A DNA stretch of 64,000 bases from an uncultured Alphaproteobacteria bacterium (GTDB lineage: Bacteria > Pseudomonadota > Alphaproteobacteria > Rhizobiales > Hyphomicrobiaceae), in assembly GCA_963840075.1 (NCBI GenBank), contig CAWIXS010000018.1, positions 126,425 through 190,424 on the forward strand. The letters are read 5' to 3'. Position numbers and translations under genes: made by a program. Under the pieces are notes generated by a model, which saw nothing but the letters and a program-made list of their open reading frames with translations, had not been told where the DNA came from and searched no databases. This document shows positions 8,370 through 18,330 of this stretch, piece by piece (within the stretch, counting starts at the first letter, position 1; each line of letters starts with the position of its first letter).

Positions 8370-9233
8370 CTATGGCACCACCGGGGCCGCGTCGGGCTCG
8401 CTCGCCGCCAGGGCCTGCTGGGGCGCCGGCGCCTGCGAGCCGGGCCCGCGCGGGCGCAAGGGGTTGTCGCGGATCAGCGAGTCGATGATGATGATCTTCT
8501 GCCAGATCTTCTGCGACAGCCCGGAGGCGATGTGCTCGACGTCGCTCACGGCATCGGTGACGATGGGATCGGGGAAGCTCTGGGCGAACATCACGGCGAT
8601 CTTGGAGGCGAGCGCCATCATCTCGGAGCAGTAGTCGAGATAGCGCGACAGCTCGTAGGGCTTCAGCGTGCGCGCCGGCGAGGACGGCGTGTTGCCGCCC
8701 ACGACGACGCTGGCGCTCGGGTCCTTGGTGAGCTGGTGCATGTCGATGACATGCACGATTGCGCGCAGCTCGTGCAGCGCGCGCAGGGCGCGCCGGCGCT
8801 TCAGGCGCTGCTCGATGGTGATGAGGAACACCAGCGCGGCGCCCAGGAGCACGACCATGTTGGCGAGCGCCTCGATGCCCTGGAACACGCTGTAGACGCT
8901 GTCGTTCGAGGCCGAGGTGCGCGAGAATTCCACCTGGTTCAGGATCCACACGAACAGGGCTATGCCCGTCCCCGACAGGGTGAAAACGAGGAGGCGCAGC
9001 AGGATGTGGCGCCGCCCGATGCGGCGTGCCCGCGCCGAATCCTCGCGGGCCAGTGCCAGCAGCTCGCCGCACACCGCCACGAGGCCTGCGCCCGGGAAGC
9101 GCTCTGCAATGCGCTTCTGCAGCATGGCAATGGTCTCGATCACCTTCTGCGGGTCGAGGGTACGGTAGGGGCGTAAGCGCGCCAAGGCGATCTCTCCACT
9201 CGAAGCCTGCCGCCCCACAACGCGTTGCACCAC
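8370..9233 (-). CDS. conserved hypothetical membrane protein (2 TM)
   Basis: 287 aa with protein-like composition, two hydrophobic helices (ILLRLLVFTLSGTGIALFVWIL, MVVLLGAALVFLITI) and a soluble C-terminal domain. It ends 18 nt upstream of the dapE start. Confidence 0.7.
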   Translation of the reverse strand: MVQRVVGRQASSGEIALARLRPYRTLDPQKVIETIAMLQKRIAERFPGAGLVAVCGELLALAREDSARARRIGRRHILLRLLVFTLSGTGIALFVWILNQVEFSRTSASNDSVYSVFQGIEALANMVVLLGAALVFLITIEQRLKRRRALRALHELRAIVHVIDMHQLTKDPSASVVVGGNTPSSPARTLKPYELSRYLDYCSEMMALASKIAVMFAQSFPDPIVTDAVSDVEHIASGLSQKIWQKIIIIDSLIRDNPLRPRGPGSQAPAPQQALAASEPDAAPVVP

Positions 9234-9298
9234 GAGCCTCGTCCACGCTCATCGGGGCAGGGAGCGACATTGTGCACTCTGCCTACACCCGGAGAATG

Positions 9299-10141
9299 TC
9301 AATCGCGCAACAGCTCGTTGATGCTGGTCTTGGAGCGGGTCTGTGCGTCCACGGTCTTGACGATCACGGCGCAATAGAGGCCGGGGCCCGGCTCGTTGTT
9401 CGGGAACGGCTTGCCCGGCAGCGTGCCGGGCACCACCACGGAGTAGGGTGGGACCTTGCCCGTCAGGATCCGGCCGGTGGCGCGGTCGACGATCCGGGTC
9501 GAGGCGCCGATGAAGACCCCCATGGACAGCACCGAGCCCTCGCCGACCACGACGCCCTCGACCACCTCGGAGCGCGCGCCGATGAAGCAGTTGTCCTCGA
9601 TGATGGTGGGGTTGGCCTGCAGCGGCTCCAGCACGCCGCCGATGCCGACCCCGCCGGAGAGATGTACGTTCTTGCCGATCTGGGCGCAGCTGCCGACCGT
9701 TGCCCAGGTATCCACCATGGTGCCGCTGTCGACGTAGGCGCCGAGGTTCACGAACGAGGGCATCAGGATGACGCCGGGCGCCACATAGGCCGCGCGCCGG
9801 ACGATGGCGCCAGGGACAGCCCTGTACCCCGCCGCCTTGAAGCTCTCCGCCGTCATGCCCGCGAACTTGGAGGGCACCTTGTCCCACCAGCTGGCGCCGC
9901 CGGGGGCGCCGTCGATGGTGGTCATCTCGTTGAGCCGGAAGGAAAGGAGAACCGCCTTCTTGAGCCACTGATGGACGATCCATTCGCCGCCCTGCTTCTC
10001 GGCCACCCGCGCCTTGCCCTGGTCGAGCAGATCGAGGACGGAGTCGACGGCGGCGCGCACCCCGCCGCCGGTGGCCGGGCCGATGCCGTCGCGCTTCTCC
10101 CACGCGGCATCGATGATCAATTCGAGGTTTGTGTCTTGCAT
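9299..10141 (-). CDS. dapD: 2,3,4,5-tetrahydropyridine-2,6-dicarboxylate N-succinyltransferase
   Basis: 280 aa from [18 protein letters not shown]. Hexapeptide-repeat region: [40 protein letters not shown]. Confidence 0.94.
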   Translation of the reverse strand: MQDTNLELIIDAAWEKRDGIGPATGGGVRAAVDSVLDLLDQGKARVAEKQGGEWIVHQWLKKAVLLSFRLNEMTTIDGAPGGASWWDKVPSKFAGMTAESFKAAGYRAVPGAIVRRAAYVAPGVILMPSFVNLGAYVDSGTMVDTWATVGSCAQIGKNVHLSGGVGIGGVLEPLQANPTIIEDNCFIGARSEVVEGVVVGEGSVLSMGVFIGASTRIVDRATGRILTGKVPPYSVVVPGTLPGKPFPNNEPGPGLYCAVIVKTVDAQTRSKTSINELLRD

Positions 10142-10245
10142 GCGGGAATTTCTGCGTGGCGATCCCGGTCCTGTCAATCGACAAGGCGTCAGACCAGGGT
10201 CCAAGGACAACGCGCTCGGCTTGCAAGCTCCAGGCGTGCGCCGAC

Positions 10246-10396
10246 GGGATTCCCCTCCCCTCTGGCCCCGCGGGGGCCAAAGCGAGCGAAGCTCGCTTGT
10301 GCGCCTTCGGCGCAGGCGCCCCGCGGGGGCCAAAGCCAGCGAAGCTCGCTGTGCGCCTTCGGCACAGGTGCGGCAGGGGCTAGGGGTGGGGGAGCC
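10246..10396. repeat. family A composite repeat with an internally duplicated unit
   Basis: ggattcccctcccc..ctggccccgcgggggccaaagcgagcgaagctcgcttgtgcgccttcggcgcagg occurs twice, then ..ggggctaggggtggggga. It is homologous to 63031-63149. Confidence 0.85.
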
Positions 10397-10421
10397 ACGC
10401 CCTCGATGTTCTGAACCCTTG

Positions 10422-10799
10422 CTACGCCCTGAGCTCGATCTGTAACGCATCTGGGAGATGCACCGGCAGGCGGCGCGGCACCACCAGGATGGCGTCGAGC
10501 CCGCGGTCGTGGTCGCGATAGCGGGGGTTGCGGCTCACCCAGTAGTCGGCGGCGCGCACGATGCGGCGTGCCTGGTACTGGGTGAGCGCCGCCTCGGCCT
10601 CGGCCCGCGTGGCACGGCGCTTGACCTCGACGAAGGCGAGCCGCCTGCCCCGCACCGCGATGAGGTCGATCTCGCCGTAGGGCGTGCGGCAGCGCCGCTC
10701 CAGGATGCGGTAGCCCTTGGCCAGCAGCACCCCCGCGGCCACCAGCTCGGAGAGCCGGCCGCGGCGGTAGCGGGCAAGGCGATCGGCGCTGGGTTGCAC
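10422..10799 (-). CDS. YraN family (UPF0102) endonuclease-like protein
   Basis: About 125 aa from a GTG at 10799. [49 protein letters not shown] is the characteristic YraN core. Confidence 0.85.
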   Translation of the reverse strand: MQPSADRLARYRRGRLSELVAAGVLLAKGYRILERRCRTPYGEIDLIAVRGRRLAFVEVKRRATRAEAEAALTQYQARRIVRAADYWVSRNPRYRDHDRGLDAILVVPRRLPVHLPDALQIELRA

Positions 10800-10919
10800 G
10801 GCGTCCCCCTGTCTCTGTCTGCATCGCGACGCCCTACCATCAGGGCACGGCTTTGAACTCCGGACGCCTCGTGCTACGATAGCTCGCATGATCAAGACAC
10901 CGCGCCGGATCGTGCCATC

Positions 10920-11558
10920 GTGCCACCAGAACAATGGATCATCACTCCCGCGATTCCGATGGAGCGCCGCCGACGCCTTATTCAAGTCCCGTCTTCCGCA
11001 GAGGTCATGCGACGGCTGGTAGATGAAGCAGCAAGCGCAGCCAAGTCTGCGCTGTTTCAACCGACTTGGAAACCCGCTGATGATCAGCCAGGGTACTATC
11101 GAGTAGAAGCGAAGATTCCTTTAGCGGATGAAACGTTCGACCAGCTCTTCAATGGCCGTTCGGGTTATCGTGCCAGCTACTATCTTTCTCCCACCCGCGG
11201 CGCCGCGTTCAATCAGGCCATCGTGCGTTCGCTCGTTCCCGCAATCCTGCGAGCCTCTGCAGGATTTGCCCCCGACAAGATCAAACTCATCGAGCGATCC
11301 CTCATTGGTCGCTACAGCAAGATATGGGTCGTCGGCGACGGGCAAGTCTTCCTTGATTCTCCACCTGCCTTGATCCCTGAGCGTTGGGCAGCCTATTGGA
11401 AGGGCAAAGACAGTGCCCTTGGTCTTAGACTGCCGTTGCCGCCAGCTCCTCAACTTGATCTGAAGGGCACCTTCATAGACCCTGCTACTGGTGCCGAGTG
11501 GGTTTACGAGGGCAAGCTCGACCGAGACAATGACATTCATCGAAGCGGATGGACCTGA
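10920..11558 (+). CDS. hypothetical protein (orphan, AT-richer than flanks)
   Basis: 212-aa ORF with a GTG start (in-frame ATGs at 10959 and 11007). Composition is protein-like, I see no recognisable motif, and the opposite-strand ORF looks like noise. Confidence 0.5.
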   Translation: MPPEQWIITPAIPMERRRRLIQVPSSAEVMRRLVDEAASAAKSALFQPTWKPADDQPGYYRVEAKIPLADETFDQLFNGRSGYRASYYLSPTRGAAFNQAIVRSLVPAILRASAGFAPDKIKLIERSLIGRYSKIWVVGDGQVFLDSPPALIPERWAAYWKGKDSALGLRLPLPPAPQLDLKGTFIDPATGAEWVYEGKLDRDNDIHRSGWT

Positions 11559-11619
11559 GCCAAGTCCATCCCCTTCATCACTCTTATGGAAATAGGAATA
11601 TCTTCCCAACGTAGATCAA

Positions 11620-11922
11620 TCAGGCCCGCGCCCCCTTCGTCGGCTTGGCTGGCTCGAACGTGATCCGCAGCCGTGTCCCCGTCACGCGCGCGAACCGCTT
11701 GAGCGTATTCCCGGACGGAATCGTGCGACCGCTCTCCATGCGGGCGATCGCGCTCTGCGAAGTCTCCATCTCCTTCGCAAGCTCTTCCTGCGTGAGGCCC
11801 GCCTGCTTCCGCGCCCTGATCATCGCCGACGCGAGCGTGAATTCCTCTTCAAGCGCCTCGTACTCGCGGCGGTACTTGGGGTCACCCATCCACTTCCTAT
11901 GCAAATCCTTGATCTTGGTCAT
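11620..11922 (-). CDS. XRE-family helix-turn-helix antitoxin (HigA-like)
   Basis: 100 aa with the HTH GLTQEELAKEMETSQSAIARMESG. Its start overlaps the stop of the upstream toxin by 4 nt. Confidence 0.88.
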   Translation of the reverse strand: MTKIKDLHRKWMGDPKYRREYEALEEEFTLASAMIRARKQAGLTQEELAKEMETSQSAIARMESGRTIPSGNTLKRFARVTGTRLRITFEPAKPTKGARA

Positions 11923-12251
11923 CGCACTTCCTTCGCCCGTTCACGGGCCAGTCTCAGTTCTCGGTTCGGCGTCTTCTGTGTCTTCTTCACGAACACGCGC
12001 ACAATGACGACACGCTGCCCGCTCGCCGTCAGGTAGATGGCGCGCGAGATGCCCGACTTCCCCCTGATCCGCAGCTCCCACAGCTTGTCCTCGAGGTGAT
12101 CGACGGTATCGCGCGGCAACGCGTCGAGCCCGTGCTCTTCGATGAGTTCCGACAGCCGGACGAGACGCGCCCGCATGTCGGCTGGCAACGCCGCGATCTC
12201 CGCGTCAACGAGATCGTCGAGCGTGGTAACAGTCCATGCCATCAGCTCCAC
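11919..12251 (-). CDS. type II toxin, RelE/ParE superfamily (HigB / Gp49-like)
   Basis: 110 aa. KLWELRIRGKSGISRAIYLTASGQRVVIVRVFVKKTQKTPNRELRLARERAKEV is the Gp49/HigB signature. The toxin-first gene order fits HigBA. Confidence 0.88.
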   Translation of the reverse strand: MELMAWTVTTLDDLVDAEIAALPADMRARLVRLSELIEEHGLDALPRDTVDHLEDKLWELRIRGKSGISRAIYLTASGQRVVIVRVFVKKTQKTPNRELRLARERAKEVR

Positions 12252-12355
12252 TATATCGAAAATGAGATGAAGCGATCAAGAGTCCAGCAAGCTCCGCCTC
12301 GCATTCGCAGCCCGCAATAGGCACCTCGCGACCCGGCGCGGGGCGCGACCGTTCG

Positions 12356-14660
12356 CTAGAGCTTCGCCTTCCCCGCGGCGCGGGCCTCGTCCAGGGCGGC
12401 CAGCACCTTGGGCGGGGACATGGGCAGGTCGGTGAAGCGGATGCCGGTGGCCGCCTCCATGGCGTTGGCGATGGCGGCCATCGGCGGGACGATCGGGGTC
12501 TCGCCGACGCCGCGCACGCCGTAGGGATGGCGCGGGTTCGGCACCTCCACGATGACGGTGTCGATCATCGGCAGGTCGGAGGCGACCGGCACGCGGTAGT
12601 CGAGGAAGCCGGGGTTCTGCAGCTTGCCGTCCTCCCCGTAGATGTACTCCTCGTTGAGCGCCCAGCCGATGCCCTGGGCTACGCCGCCCTGGTACTGGCC
12701 CTCCACATAGCTCGGGTGGATGGCGCGGCCGGCGTCCTGGATCGCGGTGTAGCGCAGGACCGTCACCTTGCCGGTCTCCGGGTCCACCTCCACGTCGGCG
12801 ATGTGGGTGGCGAAGCTGGGTGCGGCGCCGTGCGCGTTGATGCGGGCATAGCCGGCGATCGGCCCGCCGGTCTTGCCGGCGATGCCGGCGATGTCCTCGA
12901 GCGTCATGGGCGCGTGGCTGCCGGCATTGGGCCCGGCCGGGCGCACGGCGCCGCTGACGTACTCGACTGCGTCCTCGGGCAGCTCCCACAGCTTGGCGGC
13001 ACGCTTGCATGCCTCCTTCTTGACCTCGCGCGCGGCCTGGACGGTGGCCATGCCGCTGGAAAAGGTGGCGCGGCTGCCGCCGGTGAGGAAATTGTAGCCG
13101 AGCTGGCCGGTGTCGCCGATCTGGATGCGGATCTTGCCGAGGTCCACGCCCAGCTCCTCGGCCGCCATCATGGTGAGCGCCGCGCGCGAGCCGCCGATGT
13201 CGGGTGTGCCGGCCGTCAGCGACAGGGTGCCGTCCTCGTTGAGCGACATCGACACCGAGGTCTCGCCGCCGATGTTGAACCAGAAGCCCGAGGCCACGCC
13301 GCGGCCCTGGTTCTTGCCGAGCGGCGTCTTCCAGTGCGCGTGCGCCCTGGCCGCCTCCAGGGTCTCGACGAGCCCCACGGGGCCGAACTTGGGGCCATAG
13401 GCGGCCCTGGTGCCCTCCTTGGCGGCGTTCTTCAGGCGCAGCTCGATGGGGTCGAGTCCGAGTCTGCGTGGCGAGCTCGTCGATGACGCTCTCGACCGCG
13501 AACTCGGAGATCGGCGCGCCGGGAGCGCGATAGGCCGCCACCTTGGGCCGGTTGGTCACCACGTCCCAGCCGGTGACCGAGACGTTGGCGAGGTCGTAGG
13601 GGGCGAAGGCGCACATGGCGCCGGGCTGCACCGGCGAGCCCGCAAAGGCGCCCGCCTGATACCTGAGCTCGGCCTCCGCCGCGGTGATGCAGCCGTCCTT
13701 GCGCGCGCCGATCTTCACCCGCACATGGGCGCCGGAGGTGGGCCCGCTGGCGCGGAACACCTCCTCGCGGGTCATCGCCATCTTCACGGGCCTGCGCGCC
13801 TTCCTGGCCAGAGCCAGAGCGATCGGCTCCAGGTAGACCACGGTCTTGCCGCCGAAGCCGCCGCCGATCTCCGACGACGTGACCCGGATCTTGGAGATGT
13901 CCCAGCCGAGCAGGCGGGCGCAGTGGGCGCGCACCATCCAGTGGCCCTGCGTGGTGCCCCACAGCTCGGCCTGGCCGTCCTCCGAGACGCTGGCGACGCA
14001 GGCGTGCGGCTCGATGTAGCCCTGGTGCACCGGCTTGGTGGTGAAGGAGCGCTCGACGATCACGTCGGCCTGCTTGAAGCCGGCCGCAACGTCGCCGTGC
14101 CCGACAAAGATGCGCTTGGCGACGTTGGAGGGCGTCCTGGGCGCCGGCTCGACACCGGCGGTGATCATGTCGTCGTGCAGGATGGGGGCGCCCGGCTGCA
14201 TGGCCTCCACCACGTCGATGACGTGGGGGAGCACCTCGTAGTCGACCTTGATGAGCTTCAGCGCCTGCTTGGCGATGGCCGCGCTGGTCGCCGCCACGGC
14301 CGCCACCGGATGGCCCTCGTAGAGCGCCTTCTCGCGCGCCATCAGGTTGCGCACGACATCGCGGTAGTTGATCATCATCTCGCCCGCCGGGATGAACTCG
14401 GAGGGCTGGTCCTTGAAGTCCTCGCACGTCACGATCGCCTTGACGCCGGGCAGCCTGGCAGCGGCGCTCGCGTCGATCGACCCGATGCGGGCGTGCGGGT
14501 GCGGGCTTCTGAGCACCTTGCCCACCAGCTGGCCCTGCATGGCGAGGTCGGCGCCGAACTTGGCGCGGCCCGTCACCTTGTCGACGCCGTCCGGGCGCAG
14601 GGCGCGGGTGCCGACCCACCTGAACGCGGAAGCCGGCTTCTCCTTCAGCTTCTCGGGCAT
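12356..14660 (-). pseudogene. xanthine dehydrogenase/aldehyde oxidase family molybdopterin-binding subunit, frame broken near 13463
   Basis: ORF 12276..14660 is a good Mo-subunit sequence up to ..FAVESVIDELATQ. The protein continues LGLDPIELRLKNAAKEGTRAAYGPKFGPVGLVETLEAA.. in the frame of ORF 12356..13378. The rest of the 794-aa ORF is out-of-frame text. Confidence 0.9.
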
Positions 14661-14663
14661 CGG

Positions 14664-15140
14664 TCAGCCTCCTCTCATCTCGGCGGCGGCGTCGAGCACC
14701 GCGCGCACGATCTTGTCGTAGCCGGTGCAGCGGCACAGGTTGCCGGCGAGCCAGTAGCGAACCTCCGTCTCGGTGGGATCGGGCGAACGCTCCAGCAGCG
14801 CCTTGGCGGCGATCAGGAAACCCGGCGTGCACACCCCGCACTGCAGGGCCGCATGCTCCAGGAACTTGCGCTGCAGCGGGTGCAGCGCCTCGCCGTTGGC
14901 CATGCCCTCGATGGTGGCGATCGACTTGCCCCGCCCCTCCACGCCCAGCATCAGGCAGGAGCAGACGAGCCGGCCGTCGACGGTGACGCTGCAGGCGCCG
15001 CAGTCGCCCGTGGCGCAGCCTTCCTTGGTGCCGGTGAGGCCCAGCTGGTCGCGCAGGCAGTCGAGCAGCGTGTCCTCGGTCTCGCACAGGAACTCGACCG
15101 GGTCGCCGTTGACGGTTGCAGTGATGTGATGCTTGGCCAT
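14664..15140 (-). CDS. (2Fe-2S)-binding small subunit of the molybdoenzyme
   Basis: 158 aa starting MAKHHITATVNG. Cys clusters GCATGDCGACSV and CGVCTPG..CRCTGY. Confidence 0.94.
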   Translation of the reverse strand: MAKHHITATVNGDPVEFLCETEDTLLDCLRDQLGLTGTKEGCATGDCGACSVTVDGRLVCSCLMLGVEGRGKSIATIEGMANGEALHPLQRKFLEHAALQCGVCTPGFLIAAKALLERSPDPTETEVRYWLAGNLCRCTGYDKIVRAVLDAAAEMRGG

Positions 15141-16000
15141 CAGGCTTTCCTCGCCCGTTCGAGTGCGATCAGTGCGGCCCGGCGGGCCAGCACGCCCGCC
15201 ACCTTGATGCGGTACTCCTTGGTGCCGCGCTTGTCGTCGATCGGCTGGCACGCGGCGCGCGCGGCGGCGTCGAGCTTCTGCAGCGCCGGCTCGTCGACCT
15301 TGGTGCCGATCAGCGCCTTGGCGGCGTCGGCGACCAGCAGCGGGCGCGGCGCGACGGCGCCGAGCGAAACCCGTGCTGCCGTGCATGTGCCGCCCGCGTC
15401 GAGCGTCAGGCATACGCCGCAGCCGACCACGGCGATGTCCATCTCGGTACGCGGGATGAATCGCAGGTAGGCATCGCCCGTGCGCGCCGGGCGCGCGGGC
15501 AGCAGGAACGAGGCGATGATCTCGCCCTTCTCCAGCGCGAGCTTGCGCGGGGCCAGCATGACATCCTCGACCGGCAGCTCGCGCCGGCCCATGGGGCCCA
15601 CGATCGAGGCCTTGGCCCCGGCCGCGATCAGCGCCGGCACGCTGTCGGCGGCCGGCGAGCCGTTGCAGAGGTTGCCGCCCATGGTGGCGCGGCCCTGGAT
15701 CTGGGTGGAGCCGATCAGGTTGGCGGCCTCCACCACGCCCGGCCACACCGACTTGAGCCTGGGGTGCTCCTTGAGCTCGGCCCCCGGCACCGCGGCCCCT
15801 ACCCTGAAGCCGCCGCCCTCCTCCTTGATCTCCTTGAGCTCCGGGATGCCCTTGATGTCGACCAGCAGGACGGGGTCGACGAGATCGGTGCGCAGCTGCA
15901 CCAGAAGATCGGTGCCTCCGGCCAGCACCCGTGCCTCGCCGGACTCCCCCGCCAGCAGGGCCACCGCCTGGTCGATGGTGCTCGGTGCCTCATACCGCAT
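15140..16000 (-). CDS. FAD-binding medium subunit (CoxM/XdhB-like)
   Basis: 286 aa. MRYEAPSTIDQAVALLAG..VLAGGTDLLVQLR is the PCMH-type FAD domain. Its stop overlaps the start of the 2Fe-2S subunit. Confidence 0.92.
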   Translation of the reverse strand: MRYEAPSTIDQAVALLAGESGEARVLAGGTDLLVQLRTDLVDPVLLVDIKGIPELKEIKEEGGGFRVGAAVPGAELKEHPRLKSVWPGVVEAANLIGSTQIQGRATMGGNLCNGSPAADSVPALIAAGAKASIVGPMGRRELPVEDVMLAPRKLALEKGEIIASFLLPARPARTGDAYLRFIPRTEMDIAVVGCGVCLTLDAGGTCTAARVSLGAVAPRPLLVADAAKALIGTKVDEPALQKLDAAARAACQPIDDKRGTKEYRIKVAGVLARRAALIALERARKA

Positions 16001-16185
16001 GTGTCATGGTCCTCGTTCCTCCCTTTGCGCGGGTGGAAGATGGCACAGCCGGGCGCCCGTCGCCAACCTCGCAACGGTCAATGTTGGGTTGCGTTGCCGG
16101 AATTGGCACGTTTGGCGCCCGGCAAGGCTCGCTGCTATGCTACGAGAGCTGTCGTACAAGGCCATCGCCACTGGAAGTGATCCCT

Positions 16186-16510
16186 ATGCCAGCCAGCACC
16201 GTGTGGATTTCGTACGATCTCGGTGTCCGCGGAGACTACGAAGGTCTCTATGCGTGGCTGGATGCTCACGACGCCAAGGAATGCGGAGACTCGTTGGCCG
16301 TTCTGACCTACAGCCACGAGGGCTCGTTGATCGACAAACTGAAAGCCGACTTGAACAGGCATATCACGAAGGATAAGCGCACGCGATTTACGTGATCTAC
16401 CGCGACCAGGCCACCGGCAAGAACAAGGGGATATCTTCGGCAGTCGGCGGGCGGCTGCCTGGACCGGCTATGCTCCATCCGACCTGGCCACGGTGGATGA
16501 CGAGACTTGA
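16186..16510 (+). pseudogene. small conserved hypothetical protein (about 108 aa if repaired), two 1-nt deletions
   Basis: MPASTVWISYDLGVRGDYEGLYAWLDAHDAKECGDS..KDKRTRF then (Y)VIYRDQATGKNKG then (I)FFGSRRAAAWTGYAPSDLATVDDET* lie in three frames. The shifts at about 16389 (ttt run) and about 16434 (tt) restore a single ORF ending 3 nt before the PIN start. Confidence 0.55.
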
Positions 16511-16513
16511 AAG

Positions 16514-16771
16514 ATGGCCGTGATACTGGTGGACACCGGCGTTTGGTACGCTATCTGCGATCCACGAGATCGGACGGTCAGCCAGGAAGTGGCCGACGAT
16601 CTCTATATGCGCATCAAGGTCCATTCGGTCCTGGTTCCGTGGCCGGTCCTATACGAGACATTTGTACTCGACGCAGGATCGAACTCTGGTCGCAATAGTC
16701 CTGCGAGTCTCTCGATCGCTGGGATGCCGGAGCGAAGTTGGCGTCGAGCACACATGCAGGCCAACCATTGA
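16514..16771 (+). pseudogene. PIN-domain protein, truncated/degenerate
   Basis: The N-terminus MAVILVDTGVWYAICDPRDR....VLVPWPVLYET is a PIN start. The remainder is scrambled, and the space before the next gene (16781) is too short for a full PIN domain. Confidence 0.55.
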
Positions 16772-16780
16772 GGAGCAGGA

Positions 16781-17080
16781 ATGGCCAAGAAGGGGTACTG
16801 GATCGGGCACGTCGATGTGACGAACCCGGAGCGCTACAAGGATTACATGGCGGCCAACGCCGCCCCCCTGCAGAAGTACGGGGCGCGCTTTCTCGTGCGC
16901 AACGGCGAGAGCCAGGTGGTCGCGGGCGGGCTCGCCGGGCGGCGCCACGTGGTCATCGAGTTCGACAGCTACGCCGCCGCCAAGGCCTGCTACGAATCGC
17001 CGGAATATCAGGCGGCGGCCAAGATCCGCGACGAGGCCAGCAGCGCCGACATCGTCGTGATCGAAGGCTACGAGGGCTGA
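16781..17080 (+). CDS. DUF1330 domain protein
   Basis: 99 aa. MAKKGYWIGHVDVTNPERYKDYMAANAAPLQKYGARFLVR...VVIEFDSYAAAKACYESPEYQAA is the canonical DUF1330 sequence. RBS gaggag. Confidence 0.88.
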   Translation: MAKKGYWIGHVDVTNPERYKDYMAANAAPLQKYGARFLVRNGESQVVAGGLAGRRHVVIEFDSYAAAKACYESPEYQAAAKIRDEASSADIVVIEGYEG

Positions 17081-17192
17081 AACCGTCGGGCGCTCGGGCC
17101 ATGGCGTCCACAGGAGCAGGAATCGGGTCGATTCGCGCCGCCGGGCGCCCTAAGTCAGGGCCAACGCCGCCAGCAACCGCGAGACTAGACCC

Positions 17193-18110
17193 ATGCTCCA
17201 TGCCCCCGTCGCCACCGAGACCGCCACCCGGCAAAGCGCCGACCGCGCGCGCGATTACGAGCTGATCCGCCGCGCCATCGGCTTCCTGTCCGAGACCTGG
17301 ACCGAGCAGCCCTCCCTGGAGCGCCTGGCCCAGCATCTCGAATTGAGCCCCGCCCACTGCCAGAGGCTGTTCAAGCGCTGGTGCGGGCTGAGCCCCAAGG
17401 AGTTCGTGCAGGCCATCACCGTGGACCATGCCCGCAGTCTGCTCGACGGCGCGGCCAGCGTGCTCGACGCCGCCTACGAGGTCGGATTGTCCGGCGCGGG
17501 GCGGCTGCACGACCTCTTCGTCTCGCACGAGGCCATGACGCCCGGCGACTACAAGCGCCGCGGCGAGGGCCTCGAGATGGCCTACGCCTTCCACTCCTCC
17601 CCGTTCGGCGACGCCCTGCTGATCGCCACCGAGCGCGGCCTCGCCGGCCTCGCCTTCGTCGACGAGGACAAGGCCCAGGCGCGGGAGGATGTGCTCGACG
17701 ACATGCGGGAGCGCTGGCCCAAGGCGCGCTTCGTCGCGGCGCCGGAGCGGACCGGCCCCTTCGCCCGGCAGGTCTTCGACCCCGGCACCTGGAGCCCGGA
17801 GCGGCCGGTGCGCCTCGTCATGATCGGCACCGACTTCGAGGTGCAGGTGTGGGAGGCGCTCCTCGCCATCCCCATGGGCCGCGCCGTGAGCTACCAGGAC
17901 ATCGCCCGCCACCTGGGCCAGCCCACGGCAGCGCGCGCCGTCGGCAGCGCGGTGGGGCGCAACCCGATCTCGTTCGTGGTGCCGTGCCACCGCGTCCTGC
18001 GCGGCGACGGCAGCCTCGGCGGCTACCACTGGGGCCTCACCCGCAAGCGCGCGCTGATCGGCTGGGAGACCGGCCGCGTGGCGCAGCGCGGCGCCGCCGC
18101 AGCCACCTGA
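17193..18110 (+). CDS. bifunctional AraC-type HTH regulator / methylated-DNA-protein-cysteine methyltransferase (Ada/Ogt family)
   Basis: 305 aa. AraC HTH (LERLAQHLELSPAHCQRLFKRWCGLSPKEF) plus a C-terminal MGMT domain with the active-site motif VVPCHRVL. Confidence 0.88.
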   Translation: MLHAPVATETATRQSADRARDYELIRRAIGFLSETWTEQPSLERLAQHLELSPAHCQRLFKRWCGLSPKEFVQAITVDHARSLLDGAASVLDAAYEVGLSGAGRLHDLFVSHEAMTPGDYKRRGEGLEMAYAFHSSPFGDALLIATERGLAGLAFVDEDKAQAREDVLDDMRERWPKARFVAAPERTGPFARQVFDPGTWSPERPVRLVMIGTDFEVQVWEALLAIPMGRAVSYQDIARHLGQPTAARAVGSAVGRNPISFVVPCHRVLRGDGSLGGYHWGLTRKRALIGWETGRVAQRGAAAAT

Positions 18111-18330
18111 GTCCCCCCGCCCCTTGCGGCGAGATGAGAGGTGGGCGGAAACCCACCTCGATGCCCTGCGACTGAACCACCCCCGGATCAAGTCCGGGGC
18201 AGGCTCCGTGCCGCCCCGCAAGGGACCGCAGGGGAGTGACGCTGCGCCCGCGCCGGCAACACAGTGTCGCCGACATTGTGAGTTTTTACCCACCCGAGGC
18301 TCACGCGAGGGTCCAGGAAGAGGTGCAGGG

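Noticed and set aside
7183-9270. A 695-aa ORF suggesting a large fusion protein ending in DapE.
   Set aside because: The N-terminal 300 residues are antisense-frame noise across the 8370..9233 gene. DapE starts at the ATG at 8352 with the canonical MPSLGHDPVELAR.. N-terminus.
12276-14660. A single 794-aa ORF taken at face value as the molybdoenzyme large subunit.
   Set aside because: Only the first about 400 residues are a real Mo-subunit sequence. After ..ELATQ the text degenerates (RTRPHRAAPEERRQ..). The true C-terminal half is in the frame of ORF 12356..13378.
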